Assembly (NCBI RefSeq): GCF_006345805.1
Contig: NC_043013.1
Span: 20,646,001 to 20,710,000, forward strand
Origin: Octopus sinensis
Taxonomy: Eukaryota
Direction: 5' to 3'
Length of the DNA: 64,000 bases
The notes beneath the pieces are model-generated. The model did not search any database. It was not told the origin of the DNA and saw nothing but the letters and a program-made list of their open reading frames with translations. The position numbers and the translations under genes were made by a program. Position 1 is the stretch's first letter; each line of letters starts with the position of its first letter. Below are positions 26,466-40,172 of the stretch, one piece after another.

Positions 26466-29247
26466 CACACACACACATTCATCCTATACGTACATAGAAT
26501 AACGTTTGAACGACAAGTGTTTGATGTTTGTACGCTTAACGATTGCTACGAAACGATGTTGATTTAAGGAGAGAGAGAGAGAACAGCGAGTGAGCCAGGT
26601 AAACAGTTACCTGTCTGTAGAGATATCAGCTTCTGTTGAAGTTAGTAGTTTTTTTTTTCACCTGTTGCTCTCATTCATCTAGTGTGGTATGTTATTTGTT
26701 ACATTACTAGTTTTGGCACTCTGATACTACCGTTTCCTTGTACGTTCATGTAATCCTCAAAATAAATTCAAATCCCACAATAAAAGACGTATTTTAATAT
26801 ATTTTCTATTATTATTGTTGAGTTGAGAATAGTAAATAGAAGGATCAAAGTATGTTGTCGTATATAGTGTGACGTATTTGCTTTTATCATTTCAAACCCC
26901 GTAGTGGTTAACTTTCTTTAATTTTCGTTCGTGTCTAAAATATAACTACTGTTAATAACTGGAGGACATTTTATAGATTGCAAAATAATATAATGGTGAT
27001 GTTGTGTCAGTAATAGAAATCAGTACTTTTGGTTAAGGATTTGCTTAAGAAAACCGGCAAAACAACCGATGAAGTGCTTGGCGTCATTTAATGACATTCC
27101 TGTACCTTCTGATTTGATATCTTGTCTCTGTTGGCTCTGAGTTCCATCTTATTTGCGGGTGGGGATATAAATCGTTAAGAGTGATATAATCCACTTCAGC
27201 TCTCTTCTATCTTATCTATGAGAGAATTAATATACTTCTGACAATTTAGAAGCTGTAACAAATCTCACCTGGAGTTACACAACAATATGCTCGATCAGGG
27301 TTATTTTGGGATTAGCAATATGCTCAACTAGGGCTGCAATATGTTCAATAAGGGCTCACTTGGGTTTAATAAATAACATTATTTTCTGTTGGGGGTCACC
27401 TCAAGTTACACTCCAAAGACATGGAATGAATGTTAGTTTTTTTTTCTGTTATAAATGAAATATAATTCAAAATTGCTACAGATTCTCACCTTTAAATCTG
27501 TTCCATTTGTTTTGTGCATTTCCAGGTCATCCGAAATAGAGCCCTAGACTTATTCCATGTAGGTAGCCAGATATTAGTTCAATCTTCGCCAATATAATAA
27601 TGCTTGAGCCCGCTTTGATCAACCAGTGTCCTATAGACGATCTGTTCCACATATATTCTTTGTGACTACCACGATACTTTACTTTAAATAAACTACATGA
27701 AATCTACACATGTATTTAAAGTACTGTAATTAATACAAAATATAAACGTTAACTGTAAATGAATAGGGACCTAGAAGTGAAGCTTTCTTTTACCCTAAAT
27801 ATGTACCCTAAATTGTTATTTGTTCGAAACCCACAGACCTCTTTCCGGTTGTGAATTACACTTAGATACGTATATTCTGGGTTGTTGATGTTTTAATACG
27901 CTACCTCTAATCGTATTTCATACGTAGTGGAATTCACTGAAACTGTACAGGTACCAAACTAAGAGACATAAGTGATTTTCGAATCTACCTCGTCACTTCA
28001 CATGTTTGAAATAGCCGGCAATCATCTCTCAAATTTAACGCTAGAATTCGTGAAAAAAGGAGTACTCATTCGATAAGGAAGTTTAACACACATTATACCT
28101 AGTAAAAGACAAGAAAACTTCTGTTCATAAATCTGTTTGATCAAGACGTGCCTGCGATTAAACAATATGTTGCGTTGGGGATGGTTTAGTTCGATTCTCA
28201 AAGGTTTAAGGTCAGAACTCGCTGTCTAAATCAGGAGCCATTACGAACCCCTGCAAAAGTGATCAATAGCTTAGTATTGGCATTGCTGTAGTGTGGGCAT
28301 TTTTATAACACAGTCTCCACTCCCTTGAGGCCAAGATAATTAAGCTCTCTGGTATACTGATAAGCATTACTATTAGATTTTAATCCCACCAGAGGTGGTG
28401 CGTTGACAGAATCGTTAAGGTGTTTGCTTTGTGGTATTTAGTTACTAAATTCTTTTATATTCTGAGTTAAAATCCTGCCAGCATCAATTTTATTTCATTC
28501 TCGGAGCTCAATAAAATAAAGGCCCCGTTGAGTACTGGCGTCTATTTGACTAACTTCTGTGTCTGTTAAGGAATCGGTATATTTACGTTTCTGTTGTGAA
28601 AGGAATAAATGTTATAGCACTCATTTACTTGTGCAATATCACACACCAAAGTACCCTTGGTTTATAACGAGTAATATCAATGTGCACACATAAACAGTAA
28701 TTAACGAATGTCTACCGTAGAAAACCCTGGCCCCTCCTGTCGCTCTATTGAGTGTTTTCGTAACCCATGCCTCTAATGACCTAGCAAACGAAAACCTTCT
28801 CCAATCATGTTTTATTACTTAAAAAATAAGGACACCTTGGAGACTGTAGTTCTGTATTCACAGAACGTCCAGATGGTCATGACGGGTGTACATTTGATGA
28901 TAGTCCTGCTTAACTAGGACTGATAAACAACACCAACTGCTTCCACCTCGGCCACCATTAAACTGTATATGGCTGTGCACCTCGTGTGAAATATTGCACA
29001 CTAATTATTGACGCAAGTGTAAGAAGCTCATATATCACGTGGTATTCCTTAATCACATATAGATTACTATTATTATTAGTGACTAACAAAGGGTTGTTGT
29101 TATGGTTAGCTCTAAGTAGATCTCTTATCCCTATGCACAGGTAACCCGGGACCGCTTTATCTAACACGTCCATTTTTTTAAGATTGCTTATTATGATTTT
29201 TGGAAGATTTGGCTGCTCGTTCTAGCAAGTTAAGCAACCATCAAGAG

Positions 29248-29492
29248 CAGTGGCTCTCAACCTTTGTTTTCCTATGGCCCCCTTTGATTCCTGTTTTAAT
29301 CCACTGAACTGAAGCTCCATAACCATTCGTTGGATATACAAAAACAAAATCCTGCTGTATTTTTATAAATAAACCTTATTTATGAATTATATAAAAAAAA
29401 TTTAATATCTTGTTTACTGTAGAAATATAACCAATTTATTGAACATAAATTTTAGCAACAAAATCTTTATATGGGCCCAGGAAATCGGTGGT
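29248..29492. mobile_element. Degenerate hAT-like MITE
   Basis: Starts cagtggctctcaacc and parallels 8305-8625 (ctttgatt..., aatttattg, ggaa..cggtggt). Confidence 0.5.
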
Positions 29493-29707
29493 AGAGCTGG
29501 TGATCGGAAAAGGGTCACAAGGCGGGGAATGTGTCGCATAAAATATTTTTGCAGTATTTATAGGTCAACTCACGCTGCAATCTTCTGTTAATTGGTCGAG
29601 AAGATAATTTACAATGAATTACTGGTATATATTTCATTATCGGTGTCTCTTTACATACAATCATTGACATTGTGTGACTTTTAGAATTCTCTGTACCATT
29701 AACATGT

Positions 29708-30088
29708 GTAAGTACTCCGTCGGTTACGACGACGAGGGTTCCGGTTGATCCGATCAACGGAACAGCCTGCTCGTGAAATTAACGTGTAAGTGGCTGAGCA
29801 CTCCACAGACACGTGTACCCTTAACATAGTTCTCGGGGATATTCAGCGTGACACAGAGAGTGACAAGGCCGGCCCTTTGAAATACAGGTACAACAGAAAC
29901 AGGAAGTAAGAGTGAGAGAAAGTTGTGGTGAAAGAGTACAGTAGGGATCACCACCATCCCTGCCGGAGCCTCGTGGAGCTTTAGGTGTTTTCGCTCAATA
30001 AACACTCACAACACCCGGTCTGGGAATCGAAACCGCGATCCTACGACCGCGAGTCCGCTGCCCTAACCACTGGGCCATTGCGCCTCCA
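29708..30088 (-). mobile_element. Young tRNA-derived SINE family A, full length
   Basis: Near-identical to the 34121 and 54661 copies. A box TGGCCCAGTGG and B box GGTTTCGATTCC on the minus strand; probable TSD accattaa(c/t)at at 29695 and 30091. Confidence 0.93.
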
Positions 30089-30320
30089 CGACCATTAATA
30101 TAGAACCACGCCAAAATAGTTTCATTGCTCAACATTCAGAGTTCAAAACTTACCACGGTCTAATTTTCACTTGCATCGTTCAGTGTCCTGAAAAATCTAT
30201 AAGTTAGGGATTCGAACTAAGAATGTAAGAATTCGCACTTATACAACGCATTCTGTAACCCACCATCACTTTCAATACTTTGATAACAATAGTCAAAAAC
30301 GGAGTAAAGTGAAATATATA

Positions 30321-30541
30321 TTTCTTTACTACCCACAAGCGGCTAAACACAGAAGGGACAAACAAGGACAGACAAACGGATTAAGTCGATTACATCAACC
30401 CCAGTGCGTAACTGGTACTTTATTTATCGACCCCAAAAGGATGAAAGGCAAAGTCGACCTCGGCGGAATTTGAACTCTGAACGTAACGGCAGACGAAATA
30501 CGGCTACGCATTTCGCCCGGCGTGCTAACGTTTCTGCCAGT
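30321..30541 (-). mobile_element. SINE family C, well preserved
   Basis: atcgaccccaaaaggatgaaaggcaaagtcgacctcggcggaatttgaactc...cgtgctaacgtttctgccag. Confidence 0.85.
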
Positions 30542-30585
30542 GAAATATATAATACTATAAACCCTTTACGAAGATTAGACGAATC

Positions 30586-30910
30586 AGGCGCAAGCGTAGC
30601 CGTGTGGTAAGAAGTTTGCTTCCCAACCACATAGTTCTAGGTTCAGTCGCAACGTGTGACACTTTGGACAAGGGTCTTCTACTGTAACCTCGGACGGACC
30701 AAAGCTTTGTGAATGGATTTGATAGACGGAAACTCAAAGAAACCCGTCGCATATATATATATGTATGTGTGTGCATGTGTGTCTTTGTGCCTGTGTTTGC
30801 ACCCCGCTAGGCTTGAGAACCGGTGTTAGTGTGTTTACGTTCTTGTAATTTACCGGTGAGACCCCCAGCATGGCCGCGGTCTAACGACTGAAACAGGTAA
30901 ACGATAAAAG
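30586..30910 (+). mobile_element. SINE family B
   Basis: tRNA-like head (tagccgtgtggtaag...ggttcagtc), an internal (TA)/(TG) tract, and the tail ggccgcggtc..gactgaaacaggtaaa. Confidence 0.8.
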
Positions 30911-31513
30911 ACAAGCATATAATAGTTTTTATTCACCAACACTAATTACGTAAAGGCCATCCAGAAAAGGAAACAATTTTTCTTTTGGATAAGACAGAAA
31001 TACCAAATATTGTCAGGTATTATTATAAAGGGAACACCTGTTAAATGTTGTGTCCATTACACACGATAGGTGCCACGCCTTCGCAATATCATATTGTCTA
31101 CACCTCATTTGTACGTCTACAGCATCTTAAGTTGCATATGATAACGGATGGGTGGCGGTGGGAGACGTTGACGACAACAAATAGCATCATTGTTTGTGGG
31201 CGGGGTGGGAGGTCACAGCCGAGAACGGTCTTATAATAGAAACATTTGCGAGTGTTCTATTTTTAGAACAGAGGACGGGCTGATAAGTGTGAGTGGGTGA
31301 GGGTCTCCATGCTTGTGTTTATGTTCGTGTCCATGTGTCTGTGTCTGTGTCCATGTGTCCGTTTATGTGTGTCTGTGTGTGAAATAGATGTAACCATATG
31401 TTTATTGGAAAATTTAAATAATTATATTTAACAATTGCACATATAGATATAGTATGAGGGTGTAAATACACACATACACATACACACACACATATACATA
31501 TACATATACATGT

Positions 31514-31574
<61 letters not shown>

Positions 31575-32330
31575 TATGGATTTATATATATATATGTCAA
31601 TATATATATACATATATATATATACATACATACATATATATATATTTATATGTGTATATATATGTATGTATATACATACATACACACAAACAGATACCTA
31701 TATATATATGTGTGAGTATGTGTGTGTGTGTGTGTGCATTTTAAAGGTATGTAGATATATATATGAATATATGTGTATGTTTGTGTGTATGTGTGTATGT
31801 GTGTGTCTGTATGTATGCATGTGTGTGTAAATGCATGCATATGTCCGCATAGGTTTATTTTGTTCAAATATTACCTGATATAAATACATTAGCAAAAGAA
31901 ATGATATGAATAAATGAGGAATAAAGGATTGTAGAAGAAGAGGCTGGAACTTTCGGCAGGAGAGAAGAATCCAGGTAAGTTAATTCAAACACAGCGAATA
32001 ACAGAAGTGTTTCCATCCTCAGCTTAACGGTAGTGAGTTGTATAAAACTATTTACTCCATTCTACGCCAGCCACTCGTTCATTCATAAATTCCGCTTCAG
32101 ATGTCCATTCATAATATTTATACATTAACTTGCTGAAGCAAACGTCACTTGGTCTCTCTCTCTCTTCTATGATATATCGACCAACACAGTTTTTACTTAA
32201 TCGCCAGGTAAAGTGCGCTTTTCTTCATCTATAACTTTCTATACTTGTCGCACCTGACTTTCTTACCTGCTATGTTAACAATGTTAATGTTTATTCGTGT
32301 GTGTATAAATATATACATTTATTAATATTT

Positions 32331-32433
<103 letters not shown>

Positions 32434-32993
32434 CATATGTATGTATGTATATATATATATACACACAGTCACACACACTGTGTACCTAAATGACACTTAA
32501 CACCAATATAAAGATATATATCATTCATTCATACATTTCATGTTTTAGCTTTGGTCCTCTTCTCAAGTATTTTTATTATTATTATTATTATTATTATAAC
32601 GAATAACATGTATATTAAAATATCTTATCTAAACGCATAAACATACGTGAATACGCACATGCAAGCACACACGTTAGCCTTTGCATGGCTATATATTCTA
32701 TAAAGGTGTTTGTGCATACAAGACTACTAGTATGTGTGCGCGCACGTAGTCATGTATATATATATATATATATATATAACGTGTGTACGTGTGCCTGGCT
32801 CCACGATCTTTGCTCGCTGTTAGTTTACCTGTCTCCTGTCCTCAGCAGCAGTTTTGTGGCATGGATCCAATTGTATTGTTACTTAAATATAATACACGCG
32901 TACACACAAAACACACGCGTAATGTACATACATACATATATATATATATATAGATATACATATATTATGTGTGTATCTCTCTCTCTCTCTTCG

Positions 32994-33044
<51 letters not shown>

Positions 33045-34120
33045 GAAGGGTGAAATTAATTAATTTGAATAATTATCAATTACACCAAGTAGTCTTCGGC
33101 ATGTAAAAGCCTCATTCGAGGAAAATTTAAGTAATAATACTGTGGTAAGGCAATTCGTTGCTAAACCCTTATTGCTTAGTATATATATATTATATATATA
33201 TATAAAGTTGGATTATGCCTTGTATGGTGGCGTGAAGGCCATAGTTCAAATAAGTACCCATGACACGTGCTGGACTGAGTGGATATATTTATGAGGAGTT
33301 CGTTAATAAAGATAATATTTTCAAAAGCGCGCACACATACACGCATGTATGTTTCTGTGTCTGTAATCAGAAAAATAAATGAAAACACACATACACTCAC
33401 ACAACGTGCGCTTATTAAACTCGTGTTTTGGTATTTTGTATTTTTAAATCATACTTTTCATATTTCTCTCTCTCCCTCTCATTCTCTCTCTCTTTCTCTC
33501 TTCTCAGCTATGTGCATGTGATTCTGTACGGATACATTTGAAATGCACCTCTATATTATGACATTTTTTATAAAAATAGAAACGTTTCTTTTTAAACTTT
33601 ATATATAATCCAATAAATGTGTGTGCGAGGTGCGTGTAGTTGTGTGTGTGTGTGTGTGTGGTGGGGTATAACACAAATATGAAAAATGAATCCAATCAAG
33701 AATATATAATAGTTTAACATATATATTTTCTGTTATTTAAAAATAAAAGTATATTTAACAGTCGACAGAAAGTATAACAAATAAGTTTATATACTTATTT
33801 GTATGTAATTCTATTTCTCATATACATATGGCTTAGCTGACCGAAACTTCGGAGTCACTTTCAGTACCATTAAAGAAAAATAAACTTGTCCTCTACAAAA
33901 GTATGGAGCAACCCTTCAGCTTAATATAAAATTGTTTTTATTATTACTAAACCTAAAGTTAAATATTTAGATATACGTTTGACCCTCTGGCCAATAACTG
34001 ATGTGGGTTTGGTAGACCACCTGTGTCTGTTTTCCGTTTGCGCATTCCTTTTAACTTATTAATTAATGAAACGCTACGTGCTCTTATTCAGTTTTATATA
34101 TATGTGTTTGTGTAATTTAA

Positions 34121-34503
34121 GGAAGCACTCCGTCGGTTACGACGACGAGGGTTCCGGTTGATCCGAATCAACGTAACAGCCTGCTCGTGAAATTAACGTG
34201 TAAGTGGCTGAGCACTCCACAGACACGTGTACCCTTAACGTAGTTCTCGGGGATATTCAGCGTGACTCAGAGAGTGACAAGGCCGGCCCTGTGAAATACA
34301 GGTACAACAGAAACAGGAAGTAAGAGTGAGAGAAAGTTGTGGTGAAAGAGTACAGCAGGGAGCACCACCATCCCCTGCCGGAACCTCGTGGAGATTTAGG
34401 TGTTTTCGGTCAATAAACACTCACAACGCCCGGTCTGGGAATCGAAACTGCGATCCTACGACCGCGAGTTCGCTGCCCTAACCACTGGGCCATTGCGCCT
34501 CCA
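34121..34503 (-). mobile_element. Young tRNA-derived SINE family A, full length
   Basis: Near-identical to the 29708 copy; 11-bp TSD tttgtgtaatt at 34107-34117 and 34505-34515. Confidence 0.93.
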
Positions 34504-34574
34504 CTTTGTGTAATTATTAGTTCGTGTGCGTGTATGCGTATGTGCATGTGTGGCTGTGTATGTGTATTCGTGTA

Positions 34575-34806
34575 TATATATATATCTGTGGTGTGTGTGT
34601 GCGTGTACATATGCATGTGAACGTGTGTGTATGAGACTGAGCACGTTTGGTAGTGTGTATGTGGTTGTTTTACTACATGGCTACTCCCACTACTCATATG
34701 TAGTAAAGACTTTGGTTCCTCCATTGATCCAATTTAGATTTCATTCATCTTTATAATTAACGACTCATATAATGCTTCCCTTCCACTTCCTCTCTCATCC
34801 TGACCT

Positions 34807-34866
<60 letters not shown>

Positions 34867-35035
34867 CCTCTCTTCTCACTGTCTTCCATTTCACTTTCTC
34901 CTCTTCCTTGTCACATTTTCGCATTCTTCTCTTTACTGATCTTTTTCTCTCTTCGCCACAAACTCGTACATCGTATACAAGCACATACTTATACACGCAT
35001 ATTTATATATATATATTATATATATATATATATAT

Positions 35036-35066
<31 letters not shown>

Positions 35067-35113
35067 CACACGTACATTTAAATACACAACACACACACAC
35101 ATATAGACACGCA

Positions 35114-35190
<77 letters not shown>

Positions 35191-35427
35191 CTGTATATAT
35201 ATATATCTGTGGTGTGTGTGTGCGTGTACATATGCATGTGAACGTGTGTGTATGAGACTGAGCACGTTTGGTAGTGTGTATGTGGTTGTTTTACTACATG
35301 GCTACTCCCACTACTCATATGTAGTAAAGACTTTGGTTCCTCCATTGATCCAATTTAGATTTCATTCATCTTTATAATTAACGACTCATATAATGCTTCC
35401 CTTCCACTTCCTCTCTCATCCTGACCT

Positions 35428-35493
<66 letters not shown>

Positions 35494-35638
35494 TCTTCTC
35501 ACTGTCTTCCCCTTTCACTTTCTCCTCTTCCTTGTCACATTTTCGCATTCTTTCTCTTTACTGATCTTTTTCTCTCTTCGCCACAAACTCGTACATCGTA
35601 TACAAGCACATACTTATACACGCATATTTATATATATA

Positions 35639-35692
<54 letters not shown>

Positions 35693-35736
35693 CACACGTA
35701 CATTTAAATACACACACACACACATATAGACACGCA

Positions 35737-35816
<80 letters not shown>

Positions 35817-35832
35817 CTATATATATATATAT
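34575..35832. repeat. ~620-bp tandem duplication (2 copies)
   Basis: tatatctgtggtgtgtgtgtgcgtgtacatatgcatgtgaacg... starts at about 34581 and again at about 35202. The copies differ mainly in microsatellite lengths, and the junctions lie in (TA)n. Confidence 0.95.
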
Positions 35833-35948
35833 CACCGTCACCGTCACCGACTAGGCTATCAGATGTTGCACACATCGCTGGTCACAATGCGCTTCGCATT
35901 GTTTTAGCCTTCAAATGATGACAGCCCGCTGGCTAAGCAAGCAGGCCA

Positions 35949-36076
35949 CTCGAAACGTTAAACCCTCCTTTTTTCCCTCTTTCCTGAGCGTCCAATAATA
36001 ATTCATTTGTTCCACGTCCTCGCGTTGTTGTGTTTTTTGGGGTTTTTTTTCGTGTTTTCTTGTTTGGATTAACTAT
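35949..36076 (+). mobile_element. 3' part of the ~205-bp hammerhead-bearing element (copy B)
   Basis: ctcgaaacgttaaaccctcc...cctgagcgtccaataata...ttgttccacgtcctcgcgttgttg...ttgtttggattaac followed by (TA)n. Confidence 0.8.
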
Positions 36077-36768
36077 ATACATATATATATATATATATTA
36101 TATATATACACACACACACGCAAGCACGTACATCTAAACACACATAATTACATACATGTACGCATAAATATGCAAATGTGCGCACTCGTGCACACACACA
36201 CATACGCACATGCACATATACGCATACATAGCAGTGCTCACAATGGATTGCCTTCAGAAAACAAAACAAGAACAGTTGAAGCAACTCAGAGATTTATAAC
36301 AAAAGAAAATTCAATATATTGTATGAACGCCTTCACTATTGTGATCGGTTCAAAGGCCTAGACCTTTATTTTCTTCAACACCGCCATGAAAATCTACATT
36401 ATTTGTACACTGTGGTGAATACTTTATCGTTGTTCTGCTTTGTTCAATAAAATTTCGAAAGAAATCAGTAACGATAAAGCTCCCATGACATTCAGCCAGT
36501 ACCTGAAATAATTCCTTCAGGAAATACCATATATACCACCACGGTCACATTGATATAATATGGTAAACATTATCTCCCTATTTGACTGAGCTCTGGTTTC
36601 CTATTCAGGTAGGAATTGATGTTTGCCGGCTGATCCAGCTTACTCTGTTCTGCGCTATTAAGTTAGACATGGCCTGCATGGCCTGGCCCACAATGGCCAA
36701 AACATGTTAGTGTATATATATATATAATGATAAATATCAGAGTGAGTTATCAACAGTAGCAGAAACAC

Positions 36769-36882
36769 ATCGTGATGTAAATATGCCATTTGAATATGGC
36801 TAACCCCTAAGGGTGGATGCTAAAAACTACAGTAGCATCCACCCTTAGGGGTTAGCCATATTCAAATGGCATATTTACATCA

Positions 36883-36886
<4 letters not shown>
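36769..36886. repeat. Perfect inverted repeat (54-bp arms, 10-nt spacer) between (TA)n tracts
   Basis: 36769-36822 is the exact reverse complement of 36833-36886. Confidence 0.95.
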
Positions 36887-36931
<45 letters not shown>

Positions 36932-38253
36932 TTACGTTCTTTTGTGGTTGGTAATTGTGACTGAGAAGGTTTTCTTCAGTATTTACACAGTGTCTGAGTA
37001 GGAGTATCAGATATCCGAACTCTCGTTTTTTTTCATTGATACTCCCCCAAAGACGAGGTCAAGACTGCATGACACCAGTCTCATCAGCCCAACCAGCTGA
37101 AAGAAATACCACCAAGTGTCATAACAGTTTTTTCTAATCCACTAGCTTGTTTTCGTTCTCTATCGAGCTCGGAACGATAAAAGGCAAAGATGATCTCGGC
37201 AGGATTTGAACTCAGACTGCAGTGTCCTACGCTGCGTTCTTCATCTATATAGTCTCGTTCTCGTCATCACTCGCTCATTTTTTTCCGTTGGGTCTTGGGA
37301 TAAATTTTTCTTATACGGTTTTTCATATTGTTTGCTCATATTGTTTGCTCATTTTATTGTTTTGACGCCACCAAATTGAACAATTTTATCGATAAGGTAT
37401 CAAAGCTCTTTGGATTTCTTTTTTGGTCGATAACCAATTAGGGGAAAGTGTGTCCACGTCTTTTTGTATTCTCTTTTGTGTATGTTCATTTGTCATCACA
37501 CACACCACACACACTAACAGCTAAACAAAAATAATCACATCTCTAACAGAAATAACAGGTGTTACACCCACAAATACCTGATCTACCAGCACGACCAGCC
37601 CTCAAATACACACTTTTCCGCAAAACGCCGTCTCATAATGAACCTTCAGTCAGTCCAGCTTCTTCATACACCGTTGCTTCCATATGGTTGTAAAGTGACT
37701 GTTGAATTCCCTTACTCTACCGAACACCACTCCTCTCTCTGTTGCAACCCTTTCCAATAATTCACTCGTCCTCATCTAAAAATAGCCAATGATCCGTTGA
37801 AGCAACTGTCTAGGGATGCAGAGCACTATATCCGACTTTCATCAACAAATATCGCCCCCAGGTGACACAAACGTCCACCCATCCACCCACTCATCAAGCT
37901 AGTTCTCTGTGGACCCACCCACACGATCGTCCAGCTGTCGATCTACCCATCCATCCATCCATCCATCCACCCAGCCAGCCACCTATCCGACCAATCATCT
38001 ACCTAGCTCTTCGATAATCAATAATCAAGGTGAAAATATTGCCAATTGATCGCTTTCTGATTGCCTCATCAATAATACATTGATCGAAAAGTGTATTTTA
38101 TTGGAGAATTCTTGATTTATTGAGATATGCTTCACGCTATATGATTTACAGATGAGGGGTTTAGTGAGAGGGAGGCCATTTAGTTTTACATACTACAGCA
38201 TAGCGGCACTGTTTGTGGAGCTTGTGTGGCGTGTGTGTGTGTACATACACACA

Positions 38254-38347
<94 letters not shown>

Positions 38348-38606
38348 ATGGATGATTGTCTCTTAAATACATATACATGCGTATATATATATATACATGC
38401 ATACATGCATACATACATCATGTATGAATGGCTCTTAAATACATATATGTGCACACATATATATATGTATATATTATATATATGCACAGGTCTGTATGTA
38501 TGCAAGAGTATAGATGAATCTTATTACAGGTACCTGATATTGTTTGCCGTAATGTATGTACGTATGTTTGTATATGTGTGCGTCTGTGTGTGTGTATGAA
38601 TGAATG

Positions 38607-38654
<48 letters not shown>

Positions 38655-39464
38655 CACATATACGCTAACAGTGACGTACATTGTCACATTGATGTGATTG
38701 ATCTGTCTAGTGAGATAGCTATATATCACATAACGGCAGCTATGCTCGACTATATACCATCTCCTGTGACGTCATTATCTCACACACGCACGCACACACG
38801 CGCGCACTCTGACACAAACGCTGATGCTTTTCTATTGCTTTCTCTTCAAATTTCTTCTTCAGCTTCATGTGTGTAACGGTGTTGATGCTATTAATAAAGA
38901 TACGGTTGATATTACATGTATACAGTATGCAGCGTATCAGATGCGCGCGCGCGCACGTGTGTGTGTGTATGTGTGTGTGTGTGTGTGTGGTGTGTATAAA
39001 AGTGACAAGCTTTGATGTATGATGTAAACAATAAAACTGGGACGTCATTGCTTGTCGTAAATTTCGCCAAATGCAGACATCATCGTAACTCCGTCATCGC
39101 ACTCACCACCACCACCACCACCACTCCCTCCCCCACCACCCCCACTACGACCAGAGCTATCATCACTCCCACTACAACCCTCACCTCACCTCCCAATACA
39201 TCAGCAGCAGCAGCAACTGAAACAGCTCAGGCACGAGGCACCAGCGTCACCACCGACCATAGTATTGACGTCATTATTGTCACAATAATTTTTTAAAAAG
39301 ATGATGATAGCAGCGAAGACGACAACGTTGACGTAGATGACAACATTTTGTCGTGTCGCCCCGGATCAGTTCTACACGAGCAGACGATAAGTAGTTTTGC
39401 CTGCTTCCTGAATCTTAGGAATTTAGCAGTATATACGGTTGCATGATGGCGGTCTACTGATTTC

Positions 39465-39496
<32 letters not shown>

Positions 39497-39555
39497 TATA
39501 TATATATCGTTTATATATATATATATATATATACTATATTTTGTTTATGCATCCT

Positions 39556-39743
39556 ACTCTTTTACTTGTTTCAGTCATTTGACTGCGGCCATACTGGACC
39601 ACCTTTTAGTCGAATAAATCGACACCAGGACTTATTCTTCGTATGCTTAGTACTTATTCTATCGGTATCAATAAGTTACGGGAAAGTAAACACACCAACG
39701 TCTGTTGTCAAGCGATTGTAGGGGGACAAACGCAGACACATAA

Positions 39744-39779
<36 letters not shown>

Positions 39780-40172
39780 GAAAAAACAAGTCAAGATAGA
39801 AAATGCTAAAATAATTTTATAAAAAGCATTTCAGTACCGGTTTCAGCATCATTGTTCAGTCATTTTGAGACCTTTTACCTGGTATTAAATAATTTAAAAA
39901 TTAAAAAAATTAAAAGAAAAGTTTTTTTAAAATAAATATTTGTAAGTGTTAAAATATATGTGGCATTTATATATAGTATATATATATATATATATATCTA
40001 TTTATATAAATATACGTGTGTGTGTGTCTATATATATATAGTTTCCAAAATTCACTCAGAAGGCCTTCGTCGGCCGGAGGCTATAGAAGAAAACACCTGC
40101 CCAAGGTGCCACGCAGTGGGACTGAACCCGGCACCGTGTGGTTGGTAAGCAAGCTTCTTACCACACACCCAC
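39556..40172 (-). mobile_element. SINE family B interrupted at its internal (TA)n by a ~190-bp insert
   Basis: The 3' half is at 39556-39750 and the 5' half at about 40040-40172; an unrelated AT-rich insert occupies about 39780-39970. Confidence 0.75.

Noticed and set aside
29754-30005. Nearly identical 83-aa ORF repeated at 54744-54995 (partial at 34235)
   Set aside because: It lies inside SINE family A. The identity reflects recent retroposition, and the start is GTG.
31006-31030. aaatattgtcaggta resembling miR-8/miR-200
   Set aside because: The seed and 3' half mismatch, and there is no complementary hairpin arm.
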